NCBI RefSeq assembly: GCF_009914755.1
Contig: NC_060940.1
DNA: 64,000 nt
Source: the human T2T-CHM13v2.0 reference genome, Homo sapiens
Direction: 5' to 3' (one strand)
In this document: positions 1-13,915 of the stretch, in pieces
How positions within the stretch are numbered: the first letter of the stretch is position 1
Layout of the letters: every line of letters starts with the position of its first letter
Made by a program: the position numbers and the translations under genes
Notes under the pieces: model-generated
Seen by the model: the letters and a program-made list of their open reading frames with translations, nothing else
Database searches by the model: none
What the model was told of the DNA's origin: nothing

Positions 1-506
1 TCAGCATCCTGTCAAAACGGACCAATCAGCTCTCAGTGAAACAGACCAATTGGCTCTCTGTAAAATGGACCAATCAGCAGGATGTGGGTGGGGCCAGATA
101 AGAATAAAAGCAGGCTGCCTGAGGTTGCGGTGGTAACGTGTTCCGGCGTCCTTCCACACTGTCGCGGCTTATGTTGTTTTGCTGTTTGGGTTTGCACTGT
201 CTTTTTGAGCTGTAACACAGCAAAGGTTTGCAGCTTCGCTCCTGAAATCATCGAGACCACAAACCCACCGGGAAGAACGAACAACTCCAGACGCACCGCT
301 TTAAGAGCTGTAATACTCGTTGGGAAGGTGTGCAGCTTGACTCCTGAGTCAGCGAGACCACGAACCCATCAGAAGGAAAAAACTCCGAACATCAGAAGGA
401 ACAGGTTTCAGACACGCCACCTTTAAGAACTGTGATACTCACCGCGAGGGCCCGCGGCTTCATTCTTGAAGTCCGTGAGACCAAGAACCTACCAATTCCG
501 AATACG
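1..506 (+). mobile_element. LTR12 (ERV9) LTR, 3' part (end of U3, R, U5); runs off the window start
   Basis: Tandem GGACCAATCAGC CCAAT units, GTGGGTGGGGCC GC box, GATA, TATA-like AATAAA at 103-108, U5 repeats (CTGTAACAC..., GAAGGAAAAAACTCC), end CCAAGAACCTACCAATTCCG. Confidence 0.93.
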
Positions 507-695
507 TTGGGTTCAAGTGGTTCTCCTGCCTCAGACTCCTGAATAGCTGGGACTATAGGCACCCACCACGCCCGGGTAATTTTTTGTATCTTTAGTCGAG
601 GTGAGGTTTCACCATGTTGGCTAGGCTCGTCTCAAAATACCTCGTAATCCGCGCCGCCTCAGCCTCACAAAGTGCTGCGATTACCTGCGCCCGAC
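507..695 (-). mobile_element. Alu fragment abutting the LTR12 (probably the Alu the LTR inserted into)
   Basis: Begins mid-Alu (GGGTTCAAGTGGTTCTCCTGCCTCAG) right after the LTR end and continues to the Alu head. Confidence 0.85.
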
Positions 696-874
696 CGCTC
701 CCACCCCAATCGTGTTGAAATTGTGTAGTATAGAATTCTATAAATTTGAAAAAGCTTTTAGAGGTTAGTTGGAGCAGTGCTTCTCATGTTGCACATCACC
801 TTGAGAACTTGTGAAATTGCAGGTCGTGAGTCAGCATGGTGTTGTAGGGTGAGGGGAGTGACTGTGTTTCTGTG

Positions 875-1168
875 TTTTTCAAGACGGGGGCGGGTCTCAC
901 TTTGTTGCCCAGGTGGGAGTGCAGTGGTGCAAACAAGGCTCATTGCAGCCTTGATCTCCGGGGCTCAAGCTGTCTGTTGACCTCAGCCTTCTGAGTAGCT
1001 GGGACTTCAGGCGTACATCACCACACCCAGCTAGTTTTAGTATTTTTTCGTAAAGATAGGATTTTGCCATGTTGGCCAGGCTAGTCTTGAACTTCTGAGC
1101 TCAAGCAATCCACCAACCTTGGCCTTTGAAAGTGCTGGGATTACAGATGTGAACTACAATGCCTGGCT
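875..1168 (-). mobile_element. AluJ-like
   Basis: Reverse-complement Alu dimer with GGGCTCAAGC J-type motif. Confidence 0.85.
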
Positions 1169-1178
1169 GCTTATGTAT

Positions 1179-1492
1179 TTTTATTTTTTATTTCTTAAAA
1201 TATTTATTTGAGATGGAGTCTTGCTCTGTTGCTCAGACTGGAGTGCACGGTGGCACGATCTTGGCTCACTGCAACCTCTGCCTCCCAGGTTCAAGAGATT
1301 CTGCTGCCTCAGCCTCCCGAGCAGCTGGGATTCTAGGTGCCTGCCAACATGCCTGGCTCACTTTTGTATTTTTAGTGGAGGTGGGTTTCACCATCTTGGC
1401 CAGGCTGGTGTCGAACTCCTGACCTTAGGCAATCCACCCACCTTGGCCTCTGAAAGTGCTGGGATTACAGGCGTGAGCCACCACATCCGGCC
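1179..1492 (-). mobile_element. AluS-like
   Basis: Full reverse-complement Alu with T-rich tail. Confidence 0.9.
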
Positions 1493-1496
1493 TTCT

Positions 1497-1578
1497 TTTT
1501 TTTTTTTTTTTTTTTTGAAACAGGGGTCTTGCTCTGTCACCCAGGCTGGAGAGCAGTGGCACGATCATGGCTCACTGA
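1497..1578 (-). mobile_element. Alu right-arm 3' fragment
   Basis: Poly-T then GAAACAGGGGTCTTGCTCTGTCACCCAGGCTGG...GGCTCACTG. Confidence 0.8.
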
Positions 1579-1711
1579 GGGGATTCAGACAAACCCCAGG
1601 CCTGAGCTTGCAGAGTATGGAGAGCAGGGAGAGGGGTGCAGTCATTGACTTCAAAGTCAAGACTTCAGGCTTTACTGGGGAGAGATTCTCTGTGCTCAAT
1701 AGTAAGGATTT

Positions 1712-1903
1712 TTTTTTTTTTTAGTTTTATTTTTAAATGTTTATTTATTTAGAGGATTGGGTTAGGAAACTGGCTAATTTTTGTATTTTGGTAGAGACGA
1801 GGTTTTGCCATGTTGCCCAGGCTGGCCTCGAACTCCTGGGCACAAGTGATCCCTCTCCTTTCCAAAGTGCTGGGATTACAGGCGTGAGCCACTGCACCTG
1901 GCC
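1712..1903 (-). mobile_element. Monomeric Alu (left arm) with atypical 3' end, TSD-flanked
   Basis: Left arm 1771-1903; flanking repeats AATAGTAAGGATTT (1698-1711) / AATAGTTAGGATTT (1904-1917). Confidence 0.8.
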
Positions 1904-2201
1904 AATAGTTAGGATTTGTGCTCTGCCCTCCTAACCACAATTTGGAGAAACAAACCAGTATACAAATTCACAGCACTTAATTCCTTCAAATAGTTCTGTT
2001 TAAATCATGCTGGTGTTAAAGGAAAAACATCAAGCTTTTAAAGAATTAAAGATAGTTTTATTTAGAAGTCTTACTGAGGGCTAGAAACCGAAGCCTACAG
2101 CCTGGGAGTGGCCTGTTAGAGATGTCCTATCAGACTGTTCCGGAAGTGCCTACTGCTCGTACACAGGTGGCAGAGGTTCAGTATGTGTAAAATCACATCC
2201 A

Positions 2202-2502
2202 GGCCAGGCACAGTGGCCCATGCCTGTAATTCCAGCACTTTAGGAGGTCGAGGCAGGTGGATCACCTGAGGTCAGGAGTTTGAGACCAGCCTGGCCAACA
2301 TGGCAAAACCCCATCTCTACTAAAAATACAAACATTAGCTGGATGTGGTGGTGCACTCCTGTAGTCCCAGCTACTTGGGAGGCTGAGGCAGGAGAATCGC
2401 TTGAACCCTGGAGGCAGAGGTTGCAGTGAGCCAAGACTGCACTCCAGCCTGGCGACAGAGCACTCCGTCTCAAAAAACAAACAAAACAAAACAACAAAAA
2501 AA
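2202..2502 (+). mobile_element. AluS-like
   Basis: GGCCAGGCACAGTGG...CCGTCTC with A/C-rich tail. Confidence 0.9.
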
Positions 2503-2601
2503 ACTGGTTGTAGCTTACAGAAGCATAACCACTAACCCTACTGGACATTATCTTATGTGTAAGAAAAGGCAAGGCAAGGATCATTTACCTTAAAAAAAAA
2601 A

Positions 2602-2722
2602 TTTTTTTGAGAATGGGTCTTGCCATGTTGCCCAGGCTGATCTCTAACTCCTGGTCCCACAATTCTCCTGACTTGGCCTCCCAAAGTATTGGGATTACAG
2701 GCATGAGCTGCTGCACCTGGCC
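2602..2722 (-). mobile_element. Alu monomer (FLAM-like)
   Basis: Single reverse-complement Alu arm. Confidence 0.75.
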
Positions 2723-3076
2723 TCAATTGATCCTTTTAAGGAATGTATTGACTCAGGCGAGGGATGTGGGAGGCTGTGCGCTCTGTCCTCTTCTGACTTC
2801 AAGACATTCTTCCTGAGAGCTGTATTTTATCAGAGTCGGGGGTTCAAACAGAAATGAGCAAATACGGCCTCTTAGCACTTGCTGCTATGTGTCACACTAA
2901 GCACCTGAAAGAGCCGTGAAAGTAAGAAGAAACTTTAACTTCAAACTGGAAGCTATTCTCCTGCCTTAATCTAACCTACGGTGTCTGGCCCACTTCCAGG
3001 CCCAGGGCTAGCTCTCTCCTTGCTTTTGTGAATTTCAACTTCAGTAAACCCTTTCACATAATTCCATGTAACCTTA

Positions 3077-3714
<638 letters not shown>

Positions 3715-4068
3715 AGGAACACTGTTTTTAGGGGGAAAATCCTCTCATTCTATCTCTTTTATTCAATTGATTCCCAGTTACTGTTTAGGTCTCAAATTAG
3801 GTAACCTTTGGGAATCCTTCTCTGCCTTCCCTGCCTACCCAGAGACAGAGTTAAGTGCTTTTTTGATGGGCTTCTTAAGACAGTTCTTATTAGAATACGT
3901 TTCTTACTTTATAATGATAATTCCCCATTTTTTTCTTGTCTGTCCTCTCTGTGAAGGCTTGTGAGGGCAGAGACAGAGCCCACCTATATTTTCTGTGCAC
4001 CTAAAACCTGGCATAGCACATCACATATATATTATAGAATGGTATTCTGTTTATGGATTTCATCAGTT

Positions 4069-5141
4069 TGATGCAGGATTTTTCTTGGACACTCTGCCAG
4101 CCAGAGACCTCTGGTGGCGACACCCTTGTTCAGGCTTTACTTGGGCCTGGGATTGCTGTAGGAGATGCCCCATCTACTCAGCCCACCAGGCCACACCTGG
4201 CTTGCACTCTGGCACAATCCCATGGCCGCTGCAACTGCTTGCTCAGCTCCTGGCAGAAGTGGATCTGTGAGCCAGCAAGTGTAGGATCTGGCTGGCTGTT
4301 CCAAGTGCTGGCACAGGAGCAGGCTCCATGTGGGTCTTGCAGCTGGACCAGGTGTGTCACACTGAGGGGAACACAGTGGCGCCCAAGCAGGGGTGCCTGA
4401 GACCCGGAAGCCCCAGAGGGGGTGTTACAGCAATCTAATAGCTCTTTTGGTCTGGCCGTCCACAGCCTGACAGGTGGTGGCGTGTTAATAGCTCTGTCAG
4501 TCCTGTCGTCCTGCTCTGGCCAGCAGCTCTGGGGCTGGCTCTGCCCTGCCCCTGCTTCCCGTCGGGGCAGCTGCTCTCTGCCAGCAGAGAGTGGAGGGTC
4601 ATGGTGTTGCAGCCTTATTTGTACCCACGTTCAGTGGGTCCCAAATTCTTGTCCTGCATCCAAGAAGAATGAGGTTATGCTGACAATTGAAGGGTGAGGA
4701 GGGTGGAGAAGAATTTTACTGAGTGACTTAACAGCTGTCAATGGAGAGGGGATGCGAGGGTGGTCCTCCACCCAAAGTCGGGTGGCTTCTTTCTAAGTGT
4801 GGCTGGGTCTGGGACTTTTATGGGCTCAGAATGGGGAGTGCACGCTGATGGTTTGTGATTGTGCAGAAAAGGCTAAAACAAAGGTACCAACCAAGGGTGG
4901 GCACGACAGTGTATATAAAACCAACTAGGGAAGGGTAGGTATATGTAAAATAAGTAAAGTTTGGGGATCAAGCGGAGGAAAGCATGCCAAACAGGAAGAG
5001 GTTCTCAGTCCCATCTATGGATTTACCTGGGACTTGTACCTTGACTTTCAAGCTTTAGATTGTCTTTGGTTTGAAGGTCGGGTTTTCACTGGGGACCTGC
5101 TCGTGTCTGCCTAGGGATTTGTCTGCCTCCTGCTGCTGTCA
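4069..5141 (-). mobile_element. Solo ERV1 LTR (MER52/LTR27/LTR28-like)
   Basis: TG...CA termini (TGATGCAGGATTTTT...CTGCTGTCA), perfect 4-bp TSD AGTT (4065-4068, 5142-5145), internal GAAGGGTGAGGAGGGTGGAGAAGAATTTTA motif of this LTR group. Confidence 0.8.
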
Positions 5142-5513
5142 AGTTCATCAAATATTTATTGATGGCCTCACCAGGCCACCTATTTCATTGTGAGACAGTG
5201 TTGGGTGTGACAGTGCTCTACCTTATGGTGAGATAAACTCTATCTGTACCTTCTATTCATAGGCCTGTATCTGATCATTAGAGCCAGGAGAAAAAAAGAA
5301 ACAAAACCCTGCCTATTTGAATACAGGTGTTAGTGTTTTAATAATCTCTTCTTTAGCCCATGGCATGAGAAACAGCTGAGGACCTGGGGCTATCTGGTCT
5401 GTAGCCCCTGCCCTCCTAATCTCTCTTCTCTGGCTAACAAAACATTAAAATGTCGTGATAAGAATTTAGAACCACATCGCTGCTGCTTGTTTGGTTTAAA
5501 AAAAATTAAATTA

Positions 5514-6116
<603 letters not shown>

Positions 6117-6573
6117 TTAGGCACTATTGTGATTACAGAAAACGCCATTTTATGCAATACCTTTGAGAATTCACGTTGACTAGAATTCGATGTTCCACTC
6201 AGCTATGGCTTGTCTTTGGTAGGACAATTACTATTTAGCACTTGGCAAAATTCTTGGTGTAATTTGACTGGATTATTGGTAAAAAGAAGAAAAATTGCAA
6301 GTGACACTAAATTCTTCTCAGATAACTGGACATTCTTGGTTTTCCAGTATTTTAGAAAATGCTGGAGCAGGAGAAAGAATGGGGTTTGGAATTAGACACA
6401 TTTGGCTTTGAATCTCTTTTCTACCACTAGGTAATTGTATGACAATGGAGAGGTGATTACTGCGCTGAAAATCAGTTTCCTGAAGTGAAAAAGGGAATCA
6501 AGTTACGTCACAGAGCCTGGTGTGAGCGGCGCTCAGTCAACACCAGCTCTTCATGGGTTGTGGTTTCCTCCAG

Positions 6574-6633
6574 TTCCTGGATGTGTGGAGTTCATCCTCC
6601 ACTGACTGGCGCCCCGGTTGACAATGAGGTCTG
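6574..6633 (+). other. Candidate 60-nt exon
   Basis: Acceptor TTTCCTCCAG at 6564-6573 and donor CTG|GTAAGT at 6633/6634 in non-repeat sequence. Confidence 0.3.
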
Positions 6634-7045
6634 GTAAGTCCTGCCACTAAAACTGTTATTGAATGTGCTCGATCTCCAGTGACTTCTGTGTTTAAAATAG
6701 GAAGTAAGGAACAGATAGATGCAAGATCCCTCTGAACCTTGAGATCTGGTAGTTCAGGAGCGTTTTCTCAGCTTGGACATCTTGTGCAGGGTGGTTATGT
6801 GCATGTGTATGTGTGCGTATGTATAATAGGCACAGCTGTGTGGAAGATAACAGGACTCTTGAAGTGAATGAGGGCGGGAGTGTGTACCTGTTGTTGCATG
6901 GGGAGGACGGCCCCTGACCAGGAGATGTTTTCGGATGCAGCCCCTGCCCCTACCAACAGTTCTCAGGGCCCTCTAGTATTCTGTGAGCTTATTGCGAGGT
7001 GTTACGGAGGTGGCCTCGGCTGCTTGTAGCATCTCTAGGCAGCGG

Positions 7046-7059
7046 CTGCCATCTCGTGG
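7046..7059 (-). promoter_or_regulatory. Candidate CTCF binding motif
   Basis: Minus strand reads CCACGAGATGGCAG, one deviation from the CCASYAGRKGGCRS core; lies in unique sequence. Confidence 0.5.
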
Positions 7060-7239
7060 TAGAAGTCTCAGGATGCTTCCTGCAGAATGATGGCTTCAAG
7101 GGCTGAGCCTTTTATCTGGCTTCTCAGCAGGCCAGATTCTGCTTTTCAAAGAGAATTAGGTGATTGCACCAGAAAGCAATTTAAAAATTGTATAAACTGA
7201 ACAAAGGTAGATGTATTCTGGAGTAAAATGTATGTCATG

Positions 7240-7552
<313 letters not shown>

Positions 7553-7888
7553 CCTGTCGTATTTATTTTTAACTTCATAGAAACTTTACACAATGCCAAG
7601 CCACTTAAGGTCATCTATCCAAGCCCTTGATAAACCCGTTCACTCTGCTCTACATTGTTTACTTAGGGAAAAAAATCCAGATCTTTATAACATAGACTTT
7701 TATACTTACTGAACCAAAAAAGGTCCACATCCACTCTCCTGTTTACATTTTTAAATTTAGAAATGCTAACATGGGTATGTGTTAATTGGTAAGGGCATAA
7801 GATAAAACGAAAAGAAGAAAACATCTTCTTCTCACATCCTCTCTCTCCAAAGGGAACTAATATAAATGGTTCCTTCTCATTTTTTTAA

Positions 7889-8213
<325 letters not shown>

Positions 8214-8242
8214 TTTAAATGTTTAATTTAGATATTTAATCA

Positions 8243-8500
8243 GGCTGGGCATGGTGCACCTGTAATCCCAGCACTTTGAGAGGCCGAGGCCAGTGGATCA
8301 CTTGAAATCAGGAGTTTGAGACCAGCCTGACCAACATGGCAAACCCCGTCTCTACTAAAAATTCAAAAATTATCCGGGCGTGGTGGCACATGACTGTAGT
8401 CCCAGCTACTCGGGGGGCTGAGGCAGGAGAATTGCTTCAACCCGGGAGGTGGAGATTGCACCACTGCACTCCAACCTGGGTGACAGAGTGAGATTCTGTT
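8243..8500 (+). mobile_element. AluS-like with internal deletions
   Basis: GGCTGGGCATGGTG...GAGATTCTGT. Confidence 0.85.
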
Positions 8501-8593
8501 TCTTTTTTGTTTTATTGTTAGGTGGTTTTTTTTTAAATTTTTAATAGGCTTTTTAAGAACAGTTTTAGATTTACAGAATAATTGAGAAGATAG

Positions 8594-9243
<650 letters not shown>

Positions 9244-10428
9244 CATATCTTTCATTCTTATTTTTATTTTTATAGATTTAGGGGGTACAAGTGCAGTTTT
9301 GTTACATGGATATATCACATAGTAATGAAGTCTGGGCTTTTAGTGTACCCGTCATCTGAATACTGTACATTATACCCAATAGGAACAGTCTCATTCGTCA
9401 CCCTCCTCCCATCCTCTCACCTTTTAGAGTCTTCACCATCTATTATTTCTCTGTATGTCCATGTATACTTATTGTTTAACTCCCACTTACAAGTGAGAAC
9501 ATGATATTTGACTTTCCGTTTCTGAATTATTTGACTTACGATAATGGCCTCCAGATCCATCCATGTTGCTGCAAGACATAAATTCATTCTTTTTCATGGA
9601 TAATTTTCTCTGATGTATATATCATATTTTCTTTGTCCAGTCATCTGCTGATGGACACTTAGGTTGATTCCATCCCTTTACTATTGTGAATAATGCTGCG
9701 ATAAACATCTGAGTGCAGGTGTCTTTTTTATATAATGATTTGTTTTTCTTTGGGTAGATACCTAGTAGTGGGATTGCTGGATCAAATGGTAGTTCTATTT
9801 TTAGCTCTTTAAGAAATCTCCATATGGCTTTCCATAGAAATCGTACAAATTCACATTCCCACTAACAGTGTATAAGTATTCCCTTATATACCTATACACT
9901 TAAAAGTGTTCCCTTTTCTCCACATCCTCACCAACATCTGTTGGTTTTGTTTTTTTGACTTTTTAATAATGGCCATTCAATTGGTGTAAGATTGCATCTC
10001 ATTGTAGTTCTAATTTGTATTTCTCTGATGATTAGTGATGTTGAGAAATTTTTCATATGTTTGTTGGCCGCTTGTATGTCTTTTGAAAAATGTCCGTTCA
10101 TGTGCTTTGTCCACTTTTTGATGAGGTTATTTGTTTTTTTTTTCTTTTTGAGTTCCTTGTACATTCTAGATATTAATCCTTTGTTGGATGCCTAATTTGC
10201 AAATATTTTCTCCCATTCTTTGGGTTGTTTGTTTACTCTATTGATTATTTCTCTTGCTGTGCAGAAGACTTTTGGTTTAATTAAGTCCCATTTGTCTATT
10301 TTTGTTTTTCTTGTATTTTCTTTTGAGGTCTTAGTCATAAATTCTTTGCCTAGGCCAATGTCCGGAAGATATTTTCCTAGGGTTTCTTCTAGTTTTTTTT
10401 TTCTTTTAAATAGTTTCAGGTCTTACAT

Positions 10429-10783
10429 TATACTAGTCCGTTTTCATACTGCTGTAAAGAAATACCCGAGGCTGATGGATAATTTATAAAGGAAAGAGGT
10501 TTAATTGACTCACAGTTCTACATGGCTGGGGAGGCCTCAGGAAACTTACAATCATGATGGAAGGCGAAGGGGAAGCAAGAACCTTCTTCACATGGCGACA
10601 GGAGAGGGAAGTGCAAGCAGGGGAAATGCCAGACACTTATAAAACCATTAGATCTTGTGAGAACTCAGTATCAGGAGAACAGCATGGGGGAAACTGCCCC
10701 ATGATCAAATTACTTCCCTCCCTTGGACATGTGGGGATTACAATTTGAGATGAGATTTGGGTGGGGACCCAGAGCCAAACCAT
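10429..10783 (-). mobile_element. THE1 (THE1C/D-like) solo LTR inside L1
   Basis: TAGTCCGTTTTCATACTGCT...GGCTGGGGAGGCCTCAGGAAACTTACAATCATG...AGCCAAACCAT. Confidence 0.85.
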
Positions 10784-11007
10784 TTAAGTCTTTAACCCAT
10801 CTTGAGTTAATTTTTGTATATGGTGAGAGACGGGTCCAGTTTCATTCTTTTGCATATGGCAATTCAATTTTCCCAGAACCATTTATTGAATAGGGTGCCC
10901 TTTCCCCAGTGTAGTGTATATTTTTGTGAGGTTGGTCAAATATCAGTTGTTCGTAGGTATGTGGATTTACTTCTGGGTTCTCTCTTTTGTTCCATTGACC
11001 TATGTGT

Positions 11008-11313
11008 CTTTTTTTTTTTTTTTTTTTTTTTTTGAGAAGGGCCGCCTCTGTTGCCCAGGCTGAGGTGCAGTGGCATGATCTTGGCTCACTACAGCCTCGA
11101 CTTCCCAGGCTCAAGTGCAATCTTCTCACCTCAGCCTCTGAGTAGCTGGGACCACAGGCATGTGCCAGCATACCCGGCTAATTTTTGTACTTTTTTGTAG
11201 AGATGGAGTCTTGCTGTGTTGCCCAGGCTGGTCTCAAATTCCTGATTCAGACAATCTTCCCACCTTGGCCTCCTAAAGTGTTGGCATTACAGGTGCGAGC
11301 CACTGCACCCAGC
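11008..11313 (-). mobile_element. AluJ-like
   Basis: Poly-T plus Alu; CTATGTGTCT duplicated on both sides. Confidence 0.88.
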
Positions 11314-11802
11314 CTATGTGTCTATTTTTCTACCAGTAGTGTGCTGTTTTGGTCACTATAGGCTTGTAGTATAATTTAGAGTCATGTAATGTGATGTCTC
11401 CAGATTTGCTCTTTGTTCTTAGAATTGCTTTAGCTATTTGGGCTCTTTTTTGATTTCATATGAATTTTAGGATTATTTTTACTAATTCTATGAAAAATGA
11501 TGTTAGTATTTTGATGGGAATTGCACTGAATTTGTAGATTGCTTTTGGCAGTATGGTCATTTTCACAATATTGATTCTACCCATCCATGAGCATGGGATG
11601 CGTTTCCATTGTTTGTGTCGCCTATAATTTCTTTCAGCAGTGTTTTGTCGTTTTCCTTGTAGAGGTCTTTTACCTCCTTGGTTAGGTATATTCCTAAGTA
11701 TTTTATTTTATTTTTGCAGTTATTGTAAAAGGCGTTGAGTTCTTGATTTGATTCTTATCTTGGTCGCTATTGGTGTGTAGCAGAGCTACTGATTTGTGTA
11801 CA

Positions 11803-11803
<1 letters not shown>

Positions 11804-11835
<32 letters not shown>

Positions 11836-12057
11836 TTGGTGACAGGATCTCGCTCTGTCGCCCGAGCTGGACTGGGGTGGCATGATCATGGCTTACTGTA
11901 GCCTCAGCCTCCTGGGTTCAAGCAGTCCTCCCACTTCAGCTTCCTGAGTAGTTGGGTCTACAGGTGCACACCACCACACCTGGCTAATTTTTCTGTTTTT
12001 TTTTTTTAAGACATGGGGTCTCATATGTTGCCTAGGTTGATCTCTAACTCCTGGCCT
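11804..12057 (-). mobile_element. AluJ-like, 5' truncated, CT-rich tail
   Basis: Reverse-complement Alu. Confidence 0.82.
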
Positions 12058-12400
12058 CATGTATGCCTTCTTTTGAAAAGTGTTCATGTCCTTTGCCCAC
12101 TTTTTAATGGGGTGGTTTGTGTTTTGCTTATTGATTTAAATTCCTTATAGATTCTGGATATTAGACATTTGTTGGATGCATAGTTTGCAAGTATTTTCTC
12201 CTGTTTTGTAGGTTGTCTGTTTATTCTGTTGATAGTTTCTTTTGCTTTGCAGAAGATCTTTAGTGTAATTAGGTCCCATTTGTCAATTTTTTGTTTTTGT
12301 TGCAATTGCTTTTGGTATCTTCGTCATGAAATCTTTGCCAGGGCCTATGTCTAGAATAGTATATCCTAGTTATCTTCCAGAGTTTTTATAGTTGTAGGTT
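12058..12400 (-). mobile_element. L1 ORF2 3' fragment (second copy)
   Basis: ORF 12084..12305 [20 protein letters not shown] is L1 ORF2. Confidence 0.8.
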
Positions 12401-12412
12401 TTTAAAAAAGAA

Positions 12413-12536
12413 TTTTTTTTAGTGATGGGGGTCTCACTGTGTTGCCCAGGCTGACCTTGAACTTCTGGCCTCAAGCCATTCTCTTGCCTCTGCTTCTCTG
12501 AGTGCTGGGATTATGGACATGAGCCACAGCACCTAA
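12413..12536 (-). mobile_element. Alu monomer (FLAM-like)
   Basis: Single Alu arm. Confidence 0.7.
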
Positions 12537-12703
12537 CTCACACTGTTTGTTAATAAAGCCATCCTTTCTGCATTCCTGATATTTCTTTGTAAAAAATCAG
12601 CGTTAATTATATGTGAATTTTTTTCTGGATCCTTTATTCTATTTGTCTATTTTTATGCCTCTGCCATGCTGTTTTTATTATTGTATCTTTTAAATAATTA
12701 TTG

Positions 12704-12870
12704 ACTGGACACAGTGGCTCATGCCTGTAATCCCAGTTCTTTGGGATGCCAAGATGGGAAGATCACTGGAGCCCAGGAGTTCAAGGCTGCAGTAGGCTCT
12801 GATTGCCCTACTGTACTCCAGCCTGGATGACAGAGCAAGACTCTATCTGAAAGAAAGAAAAAAAAAAAAA
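12704..12870 (+). mobile_element. Alu monomer (FAM/FRAM-like)
   Basis: Single arm with A tail. Confidence 0.75.
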
Positions 12871-13258
12871 GGAAAATCATAAAAAATTCTTGAAATTAGG
12901 TAGGTTAGTTCTCCAACTTCATTCTTCTTTTTCTGAATTGTTTTGGTTATTTTAGGTCCTTAGCATTTGCATATGAATTCTAGAATCACCTTGTCAATTT
13001 CTGCAGAAAGCCTGCTGGGGTTTTGATTGGGATTATTTTGAATCTATAATTTGCAGAAGAATTGACATCTTACCAATATTGAGTCTTTTGACCCATGAAC
13101 AAGGTATACTTTGTCATTTATTTAATTCTTTAAAAATAAAACGTTTAGAGAAATTTTAAGTGTATGAGTCTTTTCCCATTTAAAAAAAAGATTTATCTCT
13201 ACGTATTTAACATTTTAGAATGCTATTGTAAGTGGTATTATAAAAATTTCTATTTCCC

Positions 13259-13586
<328 letters not shown>

Positions 13587-13871
13587 CTATATTAGATTTT
13601 TGTATATCGATATTGCATCCTACAACCTTTCTATATTACTTATTAGTTCTACTAGCTTTTTGGATGATTTCATGTTTTTCTGTATAGGTTTTTGTGCTAT
13701 CTGTGAGAAGACCATGTACTTCTTTTCCAATCTGGATGGCTTTTTTCTTTTTCTTGCCTGACTGCACTGTCTAGAACTTCCAGTATGATGTTAAATAGAA
13801 GTGGACATCCTTGACTTGTTCTTGATCTTAGGGGAAAAGCATTTAAGTCTTTCCCTATTAAGTATGTTAGC

Positions 13872-13915
13872 TGTGTGTGTGTGTGTGTGTATGTGTGTAT
13901 GTGTTTGTGTGTGTG
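13872..13915. repeat. (TG)n microsatellite
   Basis: Direct reading. Confidence 0.9.

Larger units (their letters stand above)
2014..2897 (-). mobile_element. Probable old ERV1-type LTR (MER34/MER39-group-like) interrupted by two Alus
   Basis: Starts TGTTAAAGGAAAAA...GAATTAAAGATAGTTTTATTT, resembling ERV1 LTR ends; family and right boundary uncertain. Confidence 0.35.
9257..11800 (-). mobile_element. L1 (L1PB/L1MA-like) 3' UTR and distal ORF2, interrupted by THE1 and an Alu
   Basis: 3' UTR motifs (GGGGTACAAGTGCAG...); ORF2 C-terminal peptide in ORF 9928..10164 ([14 protein letters not shown]...). Confidence 0.85.

Noticed and set aside
1-480. Regularly spaced short direct repeats, superficially CRISPR-like (also 40430-40960)
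   Set aside because: These are the tandem U3 and U5 repeats of LTR12; no unique spacers or cas genes, and the context is eukaryotic.
3995-4697. ORFs of 91-115 aa
   Set aside because: They lie mostly inside the ERV1 solo LTR 4069-5141; no recognisable protein.
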